64,000 nucleotides of DNA, taken from Chrysomallon squamiferum (Eukaryota; Animalia; Mollusca). Below the pieces are notes generated by a model that did no database searches, had not been told where the DNA came from, and was given only the letters and a program-made list of their open reading frames with translations. The stretch covers positions 2,232,001 to 2,296,000 of the forward strand of contig CM022676.1 of assembly GCA_012295275.1 (NCBI GenBank), read 5' to 3'. Below, piece after piece: positions 1 to 19,883 of this stretch. The position numbers and the translations under genes were made by a program. How positions within the stretch are numbered: position 1 is the first letter of the stretch; every line of letters starts with the position of its first letter.

Positions 1-7
1 TGATGAT

Positions 8-62
<55 letters not shown>

Positions 63-320
63 TTATTTTCCTGGGTTTCGGAATGAATAGTACTAATTAA
101 CGAACACTCTCATTATTATTAGTCATAGGAAGGTGTATATGGACTATTGATTTGCCTACACATATACTGAATATATGTCTCTGTTTTATAAGGTTATTAA
201 AAGTCGACTAGTGCATTCCCATGTTGTGTATACTTACGTGTGTTCATACTATATTAACGGACGACTAATATACAGGCATACAGGGCACACTTCTGTGTTT
301 TAATAGAAGATTAACTACCG

Positions 321-548
<228 letters not shown>

Positions 549-827
549 CTTGCGTATTCCTCTCATTCTCATGCAAACATAAATCAAACATATACATACG
601 CCTCTGTTGTACTTTTTTCTTTTCTTGATACTTACAAAGTCTTGTGTACGTAAAACAATTTACACATTGATTAATGCTGAGATTTGAAGATATCAATAAT
701 CTAGCGACATTGGTGAATACACGCCCATCTGTGACGTGTTTGATGTTTAACACAAGGTGGAAGCTGTATCGTAACATTCTCCTGTGACTTCAGCTCTTTT
801 ACAATTCGGTCATTCGGCTTCGTCACG

Positions 828-5960
<5,133 letters not shown>

Positions 5961-6005
5961 TGATTTATTTATTTATTTATTTATCATTAATTAATTTATT
6001 TATTT

Positions 6006-6120
<115 letters not shown>

Positions 6121-6124
6121 GCCT

Positions 6125-7745
6125 TGAGTCAAATTTGAAGATGCCAGTAAAGTTTATAGCGACATTGCTCAATACACGCCCATCTGTGACGAGTTTGATG
6201 TTTAAAATAACTTGGTTACTGTATCCTAACATTTCTCTATAAGTTCTGCATTTTTACAATTCAGTAATTCGGCTTCGTAACGATGGTAATTCCTTTTCAT
6301 TTCATTTGTTTGTTTGTTGCATACAGCAGTATTTTAAATGATCAGTCCATCCTCAAAATCCAGTTATGGCCATGGATTTTCATCTAATAAATAACTCGAG
6401 AAGATTAACATCAACATAAAAGATAGCTATATTTAATTAGAACAACACATAATTTGATTTTTCCCACAAAGCCATTCCTCATATATTTATGTTTTTTTTT
6501 TTACTTAATTATTTGTTTACATTTTTATTGTTATTGTTTTTGTTTGTTAATGTAATTTTATTAATTTAAATATGACTTAACATCTGTATCGGTCGCAGTG
6601 AAAGTGATGATAAAGCTACTAACACATTCAACACAATGACAAGAAAAGACTGATTGTATATACTCGTCATTATTTACATATTTACATATGTACTAGATTA
6701 AAATGACGAGCCAAGGATGAATCAATTCTGATGCAACATTTTCACAGCGTTCGCTTGTTGATTAGTTACAATAATTAAGTAGATACTGCCAATACGTTTT
6801 CAGTTTAGTTTCAACGTTTTATGGAGCATGAATAATTTTCCATAAACCACACTCACGCACAGGGATCCGCACGCACGGACGCCCGTACGTTTAATAAGCA
6901 AGCTGTCTAGCACAAATAAATGACTTATCGTAAGTTGTCCTATATTTAGGTCACAGAAGAAACATAACAAATCAGTCGTTAAATAAAACAAAGTGAAAAA
7001 GTTTAAAGTTTCTAGGAATATATATCTGTCCAAGATAAAGAATAATTATTATAATGTAAGAGAGAGAAAGAGAGAGACTTAGAGAGAGACAGAGATAGAG
7101 AGACAGAAAGAGAAAGAGAGATTAAAATACAAACAAATGAAACACCTATTGATCGTGTAAGTGTAAAGGTATTGACATCTCTGCTGTCTAATATATAAAT
7201 ATGACTTTTGTTAATTCACAGATTGACTGTTGATTTTAAGGGTACATAGAACGGACTGAGAACAAGGTATCCTAAGCTCAAGCATGCACACACGCATACG
7301 GACATATTTGTACAACAAAAACCTTGCGAAACACACACACACACACACACACACAGACACACACACACACAGCTATACACACATGCATTAATGAATAAAC
7401 AGGAGCAAATGCGCTCAAACACAAAGCAGAAATAATTCCTGGTAACAGATGTTATGTACACCTTTTTGAAATGAAGAATATTTTATTCTTTAATTTATTG
7501 TCTTTTTATTCTTCCCTTTCAACTTTCAGCTCTATCGATGATTCATAAAAGCTTAGATTAAAGAAATTAATAAAGGAATAAAATGAAATAAATTGAAATA
7601 AAATAAAATAAAATTATTGTCTTACAAAATTTGATAATACCAACATTGTTGTGTTGATATATACATATATAAAAGTGGATGAACGTTTATACCGAAAGTC
7701 CGTTAAATTAAAAATTAATTAAAATCATAAAAATGTAATATTATA
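6125..7745 (+). repeat. Segmental duplicate of the paralogue-1 promoter, ATG micro-exon and start of intron 1 (about 670-2995)
   Basis: Collinear shared blocks, e.g. acacgcccatctgtgac, ggcttcgt(c/a)acgATG|GTAA, aaatgatcagtccatcctcaaaatc, gtgtaaaggtattgacatct, tggatgaacgtttatac. Both copies follow a (CT)n tract. A shorter third copy lies at about 8070-8305. Confidence 0.9.
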
Positions 7746-8228
7746 GGAATCCATTTGTCAAAATGCTATACCTTGAAATTGAAGACCACTGAATTGTGAC
7801 TCGTTAAATCAAAGATACATTGTAAAAAATAATAATAATAATGATGATGATGATGATGATGGTGATGATAATAATCAAAAGAAGAGGAAGAATGACGAGA
7901 ACAAGGGAAAATAGCTATCGTTATTATCATTATTATTTTATTTATTTATTTATATAGTTGTTAAAGTTGTTGTTCTTGTCGTCGTCGTTGTGCTGTCCTT
8001 GTTATTATTAACCCATGTGCATTCATCTGATTCTCTTGCATACATAAGTTAAACATGTCGATTTGTGCACTGAGTCAGTTTTGAAAATGTCAATAAACTG
8101 TATAGCGACACTGCTGCGTACACGCCCATCTGTGACCAGTTTGATGTTTAAAACAAGGTGGTAACTGTATGGTAACATTGTTCTATGACTTCAGCCTTTT
8201 TACAATTCAATAATTCTCCTTCGTAACG

Positions 8229-9109
8229 ATGGTAAGTTTCTTTTTATTTCATTTGTGTGTTTGTGACATATAGCAATATTTTAGAAGATCAGTCTATCCT
8301 CGAAATCGTTTAACGTTTAGACACAGTTAATGTGTGTCTTTCTTTGCTTCACATAACACAAATATGATTATAAAGATATACAGTGGTACCTAGTTGTCGC
8401 AACGAACAACATAACATCCGGCCAGCATCCCGCAATTCACTCGTTTACTTCACGTGTTTACCTGGCCGCGGAAGCTTCTCTGTTGTGTTGTGTTCGCGTG
8501 TTGTGCAGTATTTTACAAAATGTATTATCGTAAGAAAGTGCTGAGAAGAAGATAGGGATGATGTCCATTAAATTAAAGCATGGAATCATAGAAAAGCAGG
8601 AGCGAGGTGTGCATGTAGTCGACTTGGTTAGGCAGTACGAGCGTAGTACCATATTGAGTCTATAAAGGCTGTAACTCCAGCCTGAGGCGTTAAAATAATT
8701 TGTCTGATCTCCAAGATAAATAAAGTTTACAAAACCAATGTAAGTCTTTTCATTCTCTGTTGTTTTGTTTTTCATACAATGGTGGTCATTTATAAATACA
8801 TGTTTCTCCTTTAAAAACACATTAAAAAAATGGGGAGGTTTGGGGGTGTCTGGAACGGATTAATGGTATTTCAATTAATTTCAGTTGGGAAAATTGATTC
8901 TATATCCGAGCAAATTGAGTTACGAGCTCGGGCACGAAACGAATTAAACTTGTAAGTCGAGGTACCACTGTATTTCTTTTGAAAGTTACAATGTGATAAT
9001 AATAATAATAATAATAATCCTAGTAACAGTAGTAGTAGTCGTAGTATTATTAATAGTTATAATAATAATCCTAGTAATAGTAGTAATAATAATAATCATA
9101 ATCATAGTA

Positions 9110-9142
<33 letters not shown>

Positions 9143-10299
9143 GTCATAATATTAATCATAATCACAGTAACAATAATAATAAGAAGAAGAAGAAGAAGAA
9201 GAAAAAAAAATATTGGATGTTTGTTGACCTTTTGGTTATGGAATAGGGACAGAGGGGTTGATGTGTTCATAACTGTAACGATTACGGTCACAAGGACAGT
9301 TTATTCCATTGTTTTGCCCAAATGTGGTAGGATACTTGACCCCTGGACACTGAGGAGTATGCAGACACGTACACTATTTTGTAATATGACATTTATTTTC
9401 AGATTTTACGACTAAATCGTTTAAAGTCTCACGCGATGACGTCGTTGGTTGCGATCTGTTTAACAGGATTTTATTACCATCTGGTCATTACAGATGATAA
9501 ACTTAATGATAAACGTCAAATCGCCATCATTTCCTCTCATGTCGCTGAAAAGATGAACAGTTTAAAAACTGACAGACTGGCCAAAGAAAACATAAACACG
9601 ATCATCCCACGACGTGACGTCATCAGAATCAATTGCAATCACCTCATAAAAGGAATAACATCTAGCGAACTGAAAATGCTAAAACAAAACATGACCAGAA
9701 TAAAAATTCCATATCCCCCAAATTCATACTTCATAAACGCTTCAAAAAACTGTTCTTCATTCCTTTCAAAACGAGGCTATATTTTACACTCCGTGTCATC
9801 AGAAGAGGAACATTTTCCAATAGCGTTTAGCATCATGATGCACAAAGATGTCAACCAGTTTGAACGGTTATTACGCGCTATTTATCGCCCACAGAATTAT
9901 TACTGCATTCACGTGGACAAGAAAGCTGGAAAGGACGTTCTGAGAGCAGTAAAAGGCATAGCAAGTTGTTTAAGTAACGTCTTCGTCACAGCACGTGCTG
10001 TCAGTGTATCCTGGGCTCAGTTCAGTCTGATAGAAGCTGAACTAGCCTGCATGAAGGACATGTGGAAGTTTGAAAAGTGGAAATATTACATCAACTTGTC
10101 AGGCCAAGAATTTCCATTAAAAACCAACTACGACATTGTGAAGATCCTGAAAGCGTTGAATGGCTCGAATGACATGGAAGTTGATATACAGAGGTAACTA
10201 TAGTGATTTCCCCGGAAACTTTCATGCTTCTTATAATTAAGGGAAAAAGACTTAGTAAAAATAATTGCTAAAAAAAAAAAAAAATTAATAATAAACAAA

Positions 10300-10330
<31 letters not shown>

Positions 10331-10342
10331 GTAAATAAATCA

Positions 10343-10413
<71 letters not shown>

Positions 10414-10456
10414 GTTATTGTTATTATTGTTATTGTTATTATTGTTATTATTATTA

Positions 10457-10521
<65 letters not shown>

Positions 10522-10540
10522 GTTATTATTATTAGTGTTA

Positions 10541-10578
<38 letters not shown>

Positions 10579-10893
10579 CAGTTATCAGATAGATCGGTGG
10601 AGAGATGCGGGCCCGGCACCCCACTCAGTGCGACGTTACAAAGGATCACGGTATATGGCAGTGTGCAGAGAGTTCGTGGGGTACGTGTTACACAGCCAGG
10701 TATCCAACGACATCTTAAACTGGGTGAAGAACACCATGTTCCCTGAAGAAACGTTTTTCTCTACACTACACTATAACGTTAAACTCAGAGCACCTGGAGG
10801 GTACAGAGGTGATTATGCTTATCACTGTCACTGGGATCAATAACACTAGCAGTAACAGTATCAACAGCAGGAGCAACAGCAACAGAAGCAGTT

Positions 10894-10960
<67 letters not shown>

Positions 10961-11040
10961 CAGTAGCAGTAATAGTAGGAAGTAATTAATACGATTAAAT
11001 AGAATGTGAAAAAGCAATAGTGACTTGCGATTTCTACAAT

Positions 11041-11078
<38 letters not shown>

Positions 11079-11864
11079 TTACTATCACTAAAATATATTT
11101 TTTAAATATTTTATTGAACATTTTAAAAGCAATAGTAGTAGTCGTAATATTAATAACTAGTAAGAGTACGAACTGTAGTGGCAATAGTAAATAGCAGGTA
11201 CATTTAATACTACTGGAAGTAGGTACTTTTAATAGTAATGGAATAGTAATTTAATTAGTAATATTAGTATCAGTATTCAAATTAGTAATATACGTAGTAG
11301 AGATATTAGTATTAGTATAATTAGTTGTAATGGAAGTAGTAATAGTAGTATAAGTAGTAGAGATATTAGCAGTATTAGTAATAGTAGTAGTAATAGCAGT
11401 GATAGCACTTCCAGTATTACTACTAGTAGTAGTTGTAGTTGTAGCAGCAGCAACAGTAATAGTAGTTGTAGATGCTGTAGAAGTACTGAAAGTAGTGAAC
11501 TAGTACTAACAGCAGTATTTTTGTTTTATTTTTTTCAGGTGAGAGAAAGCCGCGTTCAAACGACGTCTACAAACCATTTTTATCTAAGTTTGTTAACTGG
11601 GGACAGTTTACTTGTGGCGGAAAATACGTGCGAAAAGTCTGTATATTCGGTGTGAGTGATCTCCCTTTGTTAACCAAGAGGAGAGAACTGTTCGCGAACA
11701 AGTTTTATTTCGATTTTGAACCATATGCTCTGGACTGTCTAGAAGAATGGCACTATAACAGAACGAGAGACGAGTATCTGGGAATTCAGTACTTTGATGA
11801 CAGTTACTATAAAATTCTGGATGTAAATGGTATGAAAAGAAATTTATTACGAGCATGGGACTGA
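8229..11864 (+). CDS. GT14/GCNT-like paralogue 2; exons 8229-8231 (ATG only; alternative ATG exon 6283-6285), 9403-10193, 10582-10808, 11539-11864; 448 aa
   Basis: Same exon phases as paralogue 1 and an identical 227-nt exon 3. Motifs FPIAFSIMMHKD, RAIYRPQNYYCIHVDKK, YYINLSGQEFPLKTN, FPEETFF, VCIFG, LFANKF. Confidence 0.92.
8381..8970 (+). mobile_element. Internally deleted Tigger/pogo (Tc1-mariner) DNA transposon in intron 1 of GCNT paralogue 2
   Basis: TA|CAGTGGTACCT...AGGTACCACTG|TA gives terminal inverted repeats with a TA target duplication. About 8535-8660 translates as ESAEKKIGMMSIKLKHGIIEKQERGVHVVDLVRQYERSTIL, resembling the CENP-B/psq HTH N-terminus of Tigger transposases. Confidence 0.85.
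10325..10577. repeat. (ATT)n/(GTT) trinucleotide tract abutting an acceptor site; degenerate (TAG/TAA)n tracts also at 8990-9200 and 10840-11515
   Basis: Read directly from the sequence. Confidence 0.9.
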
Positions 11865-13253
11865 TGGAGTGTACACAATAAAACAGAATTAAGAAGACAA
11901 AGGGATTTTATAATGTGAATATTAGTTTATGTATCGGTTATGACTTTTGCTCTTAAGAAAAAAAAAAAAGTTAACAGTTGCAATTCACAGTAAAGAAAAC
12001 GGTAATGACAAAAATAACACATATCAACATACATACATAACTATATAAACATACACACATATATACATACACACATTAACACAGACATACACACACAAAC
12101 ATTCGTACATACACACGCAGACACACACAGGCAAACACCCACCCACACAGAAACACACACTGTAATGCATACAATTCCAGTGCTAACATTGTCATATTCA
12201 CACATATTACCTACATCGATGTTAACGAGAAACCAACAATGCGTGGTCACAGCTGCCGGCTTTTGTGTACAGTTTTCATTGCGGCAGAAAGACGTTGGCG
12301 AGGCAGTAACAACAGAATAAGTGATGAATGACTACTTAACTAGTTATGAATGAAAACAGCCTGTCAGTGCGACTGTTTGATACTGAACTGTATTTCAATA
12401 ATGTGTTCAGAAATAATTCATCTCAATAACAGCTAAAGGTCACGTATTGATGCTGGTGATATATAAACTAATTGGTATTGTGTTGCTGTGGTTGCTGTTG
12501 AGGTTTTAAGAATTTACAGATAGACAAAGAACGGTTACGCGTCATTTAAACATTATAGAATTCAGGTATGAATCATCTAAACATTTTTGAATAGTAATGA
12601 AACCATATCAAAGGTGCATGGACTAGCTGATTTTTTTTTTGATTTTTTTTTTTGTAACACAGCATATAACTATTATAAAGTTCATTTACGCGACATCCAA
12701 ACATTATAGAACAGAACAGAACTCTCAAATTGCATGAAGTGGCATTAACTAGATATTATGGTGTGTTTTTTAAAACAGTTCAAAATATAAAGTTACCCTC
12801 TCCTTATCTGCACGATCTAGAACAGAGAGGAAATTTCGATTTGATCAAAATTGTCAGGACATTTTTATCTGTGTAAATTGTTCACGATATCAAACTGCAA
12901 CTTGTACGTGCGAGAAACAAATATTTTAATTATCGATTGACGAATGTACCTAAACAACATTTCTTTTTTCTTCAATAAGACAATATCGTTAGACCAAAAA
13001 AATACTCGTGATTTAAATATAATAAAAAATACGAATTGTATAATTATTTTTATAACTGTAAATCGAACGTGATATTATGCAACAAGTAGATATACTTAAC
13101 AATAATTTCTATTTAATTTATTATCATCATCATCATTATTATAGTCGTTGTTGTTGCCATCATTTTGATTATTGTATTGCTTATAAATAAATAAAACTGC
13201 AAAAGGTATAACAAGAACAAACTGGGATAGATGTCCTATTGTATAGGGAAAAA

Positions 13254-13359
<106 letters not shown>

Positions 13360-13855
13360 ATCAATAAATACTTATACTTTCATTCTTTCTTTCTGTCGGT
13401 TTCTCTCCGTCTCCAATACACATATGCAGAAGAACACACATAGACACACACACACACACACACACACACGTATATGCAAAAACACGCACGACATACGCAC
13501 TTTATGAAATCTACGTCACACATCAAACAAAAACCGGTAGATACTCTTGGTTTATTAAAAACAGACACTAATATAACTTCATATATCAATTTACAAATAA
13601 ATAAATAAATAGGGATATGTTTTACTTCTAGTTTATAATGCAAAATTTGTTTCATTAAAACATATATTTTATTTATAATAGTAGTAAATATTATTTCTTG
13701 AAATACACTATTAATAATACTCCAATTTATAGAACAAAAATAAACATTCAGATTCATGTGTATGTTAATGCTCTGATATCTGCCTATCTCACAGGCATAA
13801 TAAAGATCTAAACACTCAAGTATAGTTCGTAGTAATCAGTGTTTGACTTTTGTTT

Positions 13856-14100
13856 TCACAATCCAAATAGGCTCTGCATCGCCTCTGCTCTACGTTCCAA
13901 GGAATATAGATTAATCATTGTAGACGTTACTGAAAATGTAATGAACAGACAGAAACAAATAAAATAAATATTAAAATAAATAAATGCACAAAGAAAGACG
14001 TAATCAACATTTCTAGTAATAAAGAAGCAAGTACAAGTAATTGACCAAATAAGTAACTACGTATCTAAATAAAATAAAATAAAATCAACAGATTAAGTAA

Positions 14101-14191
<91 letters not shown>

Positions 14192-14378
14192 TGAAATATA
14201 CATATATACACACACACACGTCTGCATACATAAAAGTAAATAAATATATAAGTAAATAAAAATCAATACAAGTAAAACCAACAGCAAATAAACAAATACA
14301 TCAATCAGTTATTAGATAAACAAACTAACAAACAAAGAGACAAGAAATAAAGAAATAGCACATACAAAAGTATACACT

Positions 14379-14416
<38 letters not shown>

Positions 14417-17400
14417 GAACATTGGCCTGTGCTTTCGTTCATGTATGGATTCGAGCCAAGATATTAACATCATCTTTATCAACTGTTTTGTTTTTATTAT
14501 TTTAATTTTTTTTTCTTTTTGACATTATCACCAATCTTACACGATGAAATGTATCATGCACACAAGCAAAAACCTGAATCCAGTACACTGATATATCCTA
14601 GCATATTGAATTCCTATTATTACTTTAACATATAATAATACCATTTAGCCAGTCATTCTTTCGTTAAGCAACCATTTTCAATTAAGATGAATTACTTTTA
14701 GTTAAATATTTTAAGCTTGAATTGAATATAGAAATTAGATTTCAATAATTTTCCAATACATGGAGATCCTTTTTGTATTCTTTATCTTAATTAGCTATAC
14801 ATAATTTATACAAAGTTTTAAAAGACGTATTTATATTGTGTTATATTTGGAATGGCATGAGGGATGTATATAAGGTATAAAAGAAATAGGAAGATCGAAA
14901 CTTTAATTTAGCGATGAACTCAGAATGTTTAGTTATACGGTGTTGTACATATAAGAGCCTTGCAGATAAAGGGAGGGAAAAACATATCGCTGCCATTTCA
15001 AGGGTTTATCTTGTATTCATATCATCCCATAGACAGGACAGTAACATAATCTTTGTCATAAAAGTTATTTGGTTAAAAAGGAAAAATGTTTAACATGTCA
15101 TCAAAATGAAGCGTTTTCTTATATAAAAAAATTAATATAACCTTCCTCTACTTTGTAAACTGTTTTACGTATATGAACATATCTGTTATTACAATTAAAC
15201 ATGATTTCTTATGACAGTTTTAATGACAATATAACTTTTATGCGACGTTTCATAATAATATAGTGTTATGTAGATTATTTCTGTTTAAGTGTATCTCTGA
15301 CAATTAGAACAAATATTTATTTATAGTTATTATATTGATAATTCTTTTAAAATATCATAATACATAATTTTCTCCGTTGAATCTCTTATACGACACTTTG
15401 TTAAAATATTATTATATAAAAAATTCTATTGAAGTAGCTTTATATTATTAAAATGATTCAGTTCGCTATCAAAATACTGCAATTTAAAATATAGAATCAA
15501 AACATAACTGTATCGAAAATTATATTAAAATAACATTATATACAACTTTTGTTGTTTTTTATATCGATAATTATATTAAAACAACATATATAATTCTATT
15601 AAGATATCTTTGATATCGATAATTCTATTAAACTATATTTGTAAGTTTGCTGTAAACTATCATTCTATTTTTTAATTCATATACAATGATCTCAAAGACG
15701 TTTTTCATTAAAATTTAATGACTCATTATGCTTTTACAACGTTTTCCTAACACTTACCTTGAAAAGGACAACAGAAGCCGATGTAGCCGACGTTGCGACA
15801 TTCGTAACTGTAAGGGCAGTCGTCGTCGTCGCAGGTGGTGGGCTGGAGACGTGAGAATTCTGCTCCAGCAATTTCTGGAAGAGTTTTGCAATCAAGTTCC
15901 CTGGCTGCGTCGACTCTTGACACAAAATCGATCAGCTTCACGAACGAGTTGTCAGCTGGACGCTTTGCAGGCGCCACTCTAGGCGACATCCATCGAGACG
16001 TTTGACCGAGACGCTCAATCTGTCTGCCGGCTAATCTCCCAACTTTTCTGTTGACCACAGGCCTACGTAACCAGTTTCTGTTAACAAACAACATCTTGTG
16101 CAGCTTCTGCGTCAGGTTTCGTGGAATGGAAAGTTGAGATATTGGTACCTTCAACCTTCTGAGTACGTTTAATTTCGAAATGATTGGATTATTCTTTGGA
16201 AGAAGCAGACTGGAAGCTCTTATGACGTTTCCATTCAGAGGTTTCACGCTGAGTATTCTCTGCGGTATCCTGGGACGCTGAGACAGAGTTATCACTGGTT
16301 TTCTGTTGGAAGCTGCCGGTGGAACAAAACGTGGTGGAAAGATTTTCCTGGACATTCTGTTAAGCGGACGTTTTACTGCTAATGGAGATGGTGGAGCAGT
16401 TCGCACAATCTTTGGAGGTGTTGGAGGAGGTCGAATTGGTTTCGGTTGTCTTCTAGTTGTCTGACTTATTAAACGTATTTGATTTATCGGAGAGGTTTTA
16501 GGTGGAACGGGAGGAGGTCGTGGTAATGACTTTGGGAAAACTGGAGGTGCTCGGGCAGGAGCCAAAGATATAATATTAGGCCTGACTGAAGGTGTTTCAG
16601 GGGGAGGTTGTGCCACTGGTTTTGGCATGATTGCAGGCATCTGAGCTGGACGTTGTGGTATTGAACTGGGTGCTTGGAGGGGAGTCTGTGGAACTGGCTT
16701 TCGTATAAATGCAGGTGCCTGGAATGGACGCTGTGCTACTGATTTAGGTGCCTGAAGTGGAGGTTGTGGCACTTGTTTGGGCATGACTGCAGGTGTCTTC
16801 GCAGGACGCCGTGGTATTAAATTAGGCATGACTGCAGGTGTCTGGACTGGAGGTTGTGGTATTATATTAGGCATGACCGTAGGTGCTGGACGCTGTGGTA
16901 AAATATTAGGCATGACTGTAGGTGCTGGACGTTGTGGTATTAAATTAGGCATGACTGCAGGTGTCTTAACAGGACGTTGTGGCAAAATATTAGGCATGAC
17001 TGTAGGTGCTGGACGTTGTGGTATTAAATTAGGCATGACTGCAGATGTCTTAACAGGACGTTGTGGTAAAAATTAGGCATGACTGTAGGTGCTGGACGTT
17101 GTGGTATTAAATTAGGCATGACTGCAGGTGTCTTAACAGGACGTTGTGGTATTAAATTAGGCATGACTGCAGGTGTCTGGACTGGACGTTGTGGTATTAA
17201 ATTAGGCATGACTGTAGGTGCTGGGCGTTGTGGTATTAAATTAGGCATGAGTGCTGGTGTCTGGACTGGACGTCGTGGTATTAAATTAGGCATGACTGTA
17301 GGTGCTGGACGTTGTGGTATTAAATTAGGCATGACTGTAGGTGCTGGACGTTGCGGTAAAATATTGGGCATGACTGTAGGTGCTGGACTTTGTGGTATTA

Positions 17401-18807
17401 AATTAGGCATGACTGCAGGTGCTGGACGTTGTGGTATTATATTAGGCATGACTGCAGGTGTCTTAGCTTGACGTTGTGGTATTAAATTAGGCATGACTGC
17501 AGGTGTCTTAGCTTGACGTTGTGGTATTAAATTAGGCATGACTGCAGGTGTCTTGGCAGGACGCTGTGGTATTAAATCAGGCCTTATTGCAGGTGCCGGA
17601 CGTTGTGAAAATAAATTAGGCCTTATTGCAGGTGCCGGACGTTGTGGTATTATATTAGGCATGACTGTAGGTGATGGACGCTGTGCTATTAAATTAGGCC
17701 TTATTGCAGGTGCAGGACGCTGTGGTATTAAATCAGGCCTTATTGCAGGTGCCGGACGACGTTGTGGCATTAAATCAGGCCTTATTGCAGGTGCCGGACG
17801 CTGTGGCATTAAATCACCCCTTATTGCAGGTGCCTGATCAAGAAATTGTGGTAGTGGTTTTTGTCTCACTACAGGGGCATTAGATGGACGTTGTCCTAGC
17901 GTATCAGATACGACATAAGGTGCGTGAACGGGGCGTTGTGGTGCTAAATCAGGCATGAATGAAGGTTCCTGAATGGGAGGTTGTGGCGCATCATGTATAA
18001 ATGGCAACTGATCTATAGGCTGGTTTTGGTACATCTGGAACGGATCGGTCCTGCCAGAAGGTTCCTGATATATCGGAGGTGGCGGCTCAGGTGGATATGC
18101 CACGACTGGAGCTTCCTGACGAGTGAACGGCATCTCATTCATCGGAGGTGACTGATTCAGCAAGAGTCGTGCAGGGACAGCTGACTGATTAGCAACATCT
18201 ATAAAGTCTGGTGATGGAGGTTGAGAGTTCACCACTGAAAATAAGTTAAATGACGGTGGTAGTAGTTGTTGTAGTAGTAATGGAAGATGTAGACGTAGTG
18301 TTAATGATAGTAATAGTAGTAGTGGCAGCAGCAGTTGTTCTAGTACTAGAAGAAGATGTAGACGTAGAAGTAGAAGTAGTTGAAATGATAATAGTAGTAG
18401 TAGCAATTGTTGTAGTAGTAGAAGATGTGGTAGAAGTGGAAGTATTAGTAATCGCAACGGTACCAGTAGGAATAGTGGTAATAGTGGCTGCGGAAGTAGT
18501 AGTGGTAGAAGAATATGTAGACGAAGTAGTGGAAGTAGTTCTAATGATAATAATAATAACAGTAATAAGAAGACTAATAAAATATAATCATAAAACTAAT
18601 AATAATTATAAAAAGGAGAAGAAGGAAGAGTAATAGTTTGTAATAGAAGAATTACAAAGTCTGCAGAGAAAATGAGATAGATAATAATTTAAACTTTTTA
18701 TCAACTCAGTTAAAATCCAAATATAAAATGTATCTGATTTTATTTCTAATTTCATGCATGAACCTGTAAAAGAAAGACTGAAAATTAGCGACAGACGAAT
18801 ACATTTA

Positions 18808-18848
<41 letters not shown>

Positions 18849-18923
18849 AGTACAAAAGAAAATAAATTTCATACCTGCAAACACAAAAAACCAAATGAAT
18901 AACTGCAATTCCATTTTCTTCAT
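13856..18923 (-). CDS. Secreted Pro/Gln-rich tandem-repeat protein with a C-terminal lustrin/WR1-like 6-Cys module (candidate shell or mucus matrix protein); exons 18923-18875, 18234-15758, 13929-13856; about 866 aa if the 1-bp deletion near 17070 is corrected
   Basis: Splicing yields the signal peptide MKKMELQLFIWFFVFA|VVNS-QPP. 13- and 15-aa repeats (PAPTVMPNLIPQR / PVKTPAVMPNLIPQR). Module C-x18-C-x4-C-x5-C-x8-CC-P. Donor caag|gtaagt at 15758/15757. A phase-1 terminal exon (ttttcag|) gives VTSTMINLYSLERRAEAMQSLFGL*. Confidence 0.8.
16780..17830 (-). repeat. Coding minisatellite of 39/45-bp units inside the Pro/Gln-rich gene
   Basis: Recurrent ggcatgactg(c/t)aggtg...ggacgttgtggtattaaatta units. 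Confidence 0.95.
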
Positions 18924-19623
18924 ATTTAATTTCCAAAAACTGGTTTCGTTTCTTTTTTCGTTACTCTTTTTATACGACGCCATTGTTCCCGCCCAGGGAT
19001 TAGACAGTTGTGATTGATGTACATATCCGCTTATTCTGATTTCACAATGTTTTACTAGGTTTATGTATACTACACAGAGACAATGTAAATCTTGTGTTTC
19101 ATAAAGCGGTTGTACACTCTGCATTTTAATTGTTTTCACAGGCCCCGTGCTATGACGCGCATTTCACGTTCTAAGTTATATTTAAAGTCACGTTAATCAT
19201 GTTGTTTTAAATATTTTTTAATCTTGTCATTTTTCATGCGGAGAGACAATTCATCATATTTCATTAATTTCTTGTTGTTTTTGTGTTCTAAAAGTTTTCT
19301 TTCTCTTCCTGCTCATATTCTTTTATAGCATTGTTATTTCCTTTCCTTTTATTTTGTTTTTATTCTTCGTCCATGCTTGTTTTCCTAATCGTTTCAGTCT
19401 CGCGTTCTCTCTCTTTTTTTCCTACCTCAGACAATGCTACAAAATAATTGCCTCCCCTTCATTTCCGACACTCAGTGATTATTTAGTGCATCCGTCCACT
19501 CACTGGTCGTAAAACGAATGACAGTCCAAAATGAATGGGCAAGTTAAAACATATAAAATCTCTGTGTTTCTCTCTCTGCCTTTATCTCATTGTCTCTTTC
19601 TCTAGCTGTCATTATCTCTGAGT

Positions 19624-19752
<129 letters not shown>

Positions 19753-19840
19753 CATATATATATAAATAAAGACAGACAGAATGATAGACAAACAGGTAAC
19801 ACAACATATATATATACACACACATATATATAAATAAATA

Positions 19841-19883
<43 letters not shown>

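Noticed and set aside
16777-17837. Plus-strand GMTAGV/GRCG repeat ORFs
   Set aside because: Antisense shadows of the Pro-rich coding repeat.
18250-18560. Thr/Ser-rich mucin-like frame (minus strand) upstream of the large exon
   Set aside because: Degenerate (ACT)n tract ending in TAA before the acceptor. Direct splicing 18875 to 18234 gives a clean signal peptide without it.
18660-18765. Extra acceptor-like sites (ttttacag, ctctgcag) in intron 1 of the repeat protein
   Set aside because: No convincing donor or sensible product follows them.
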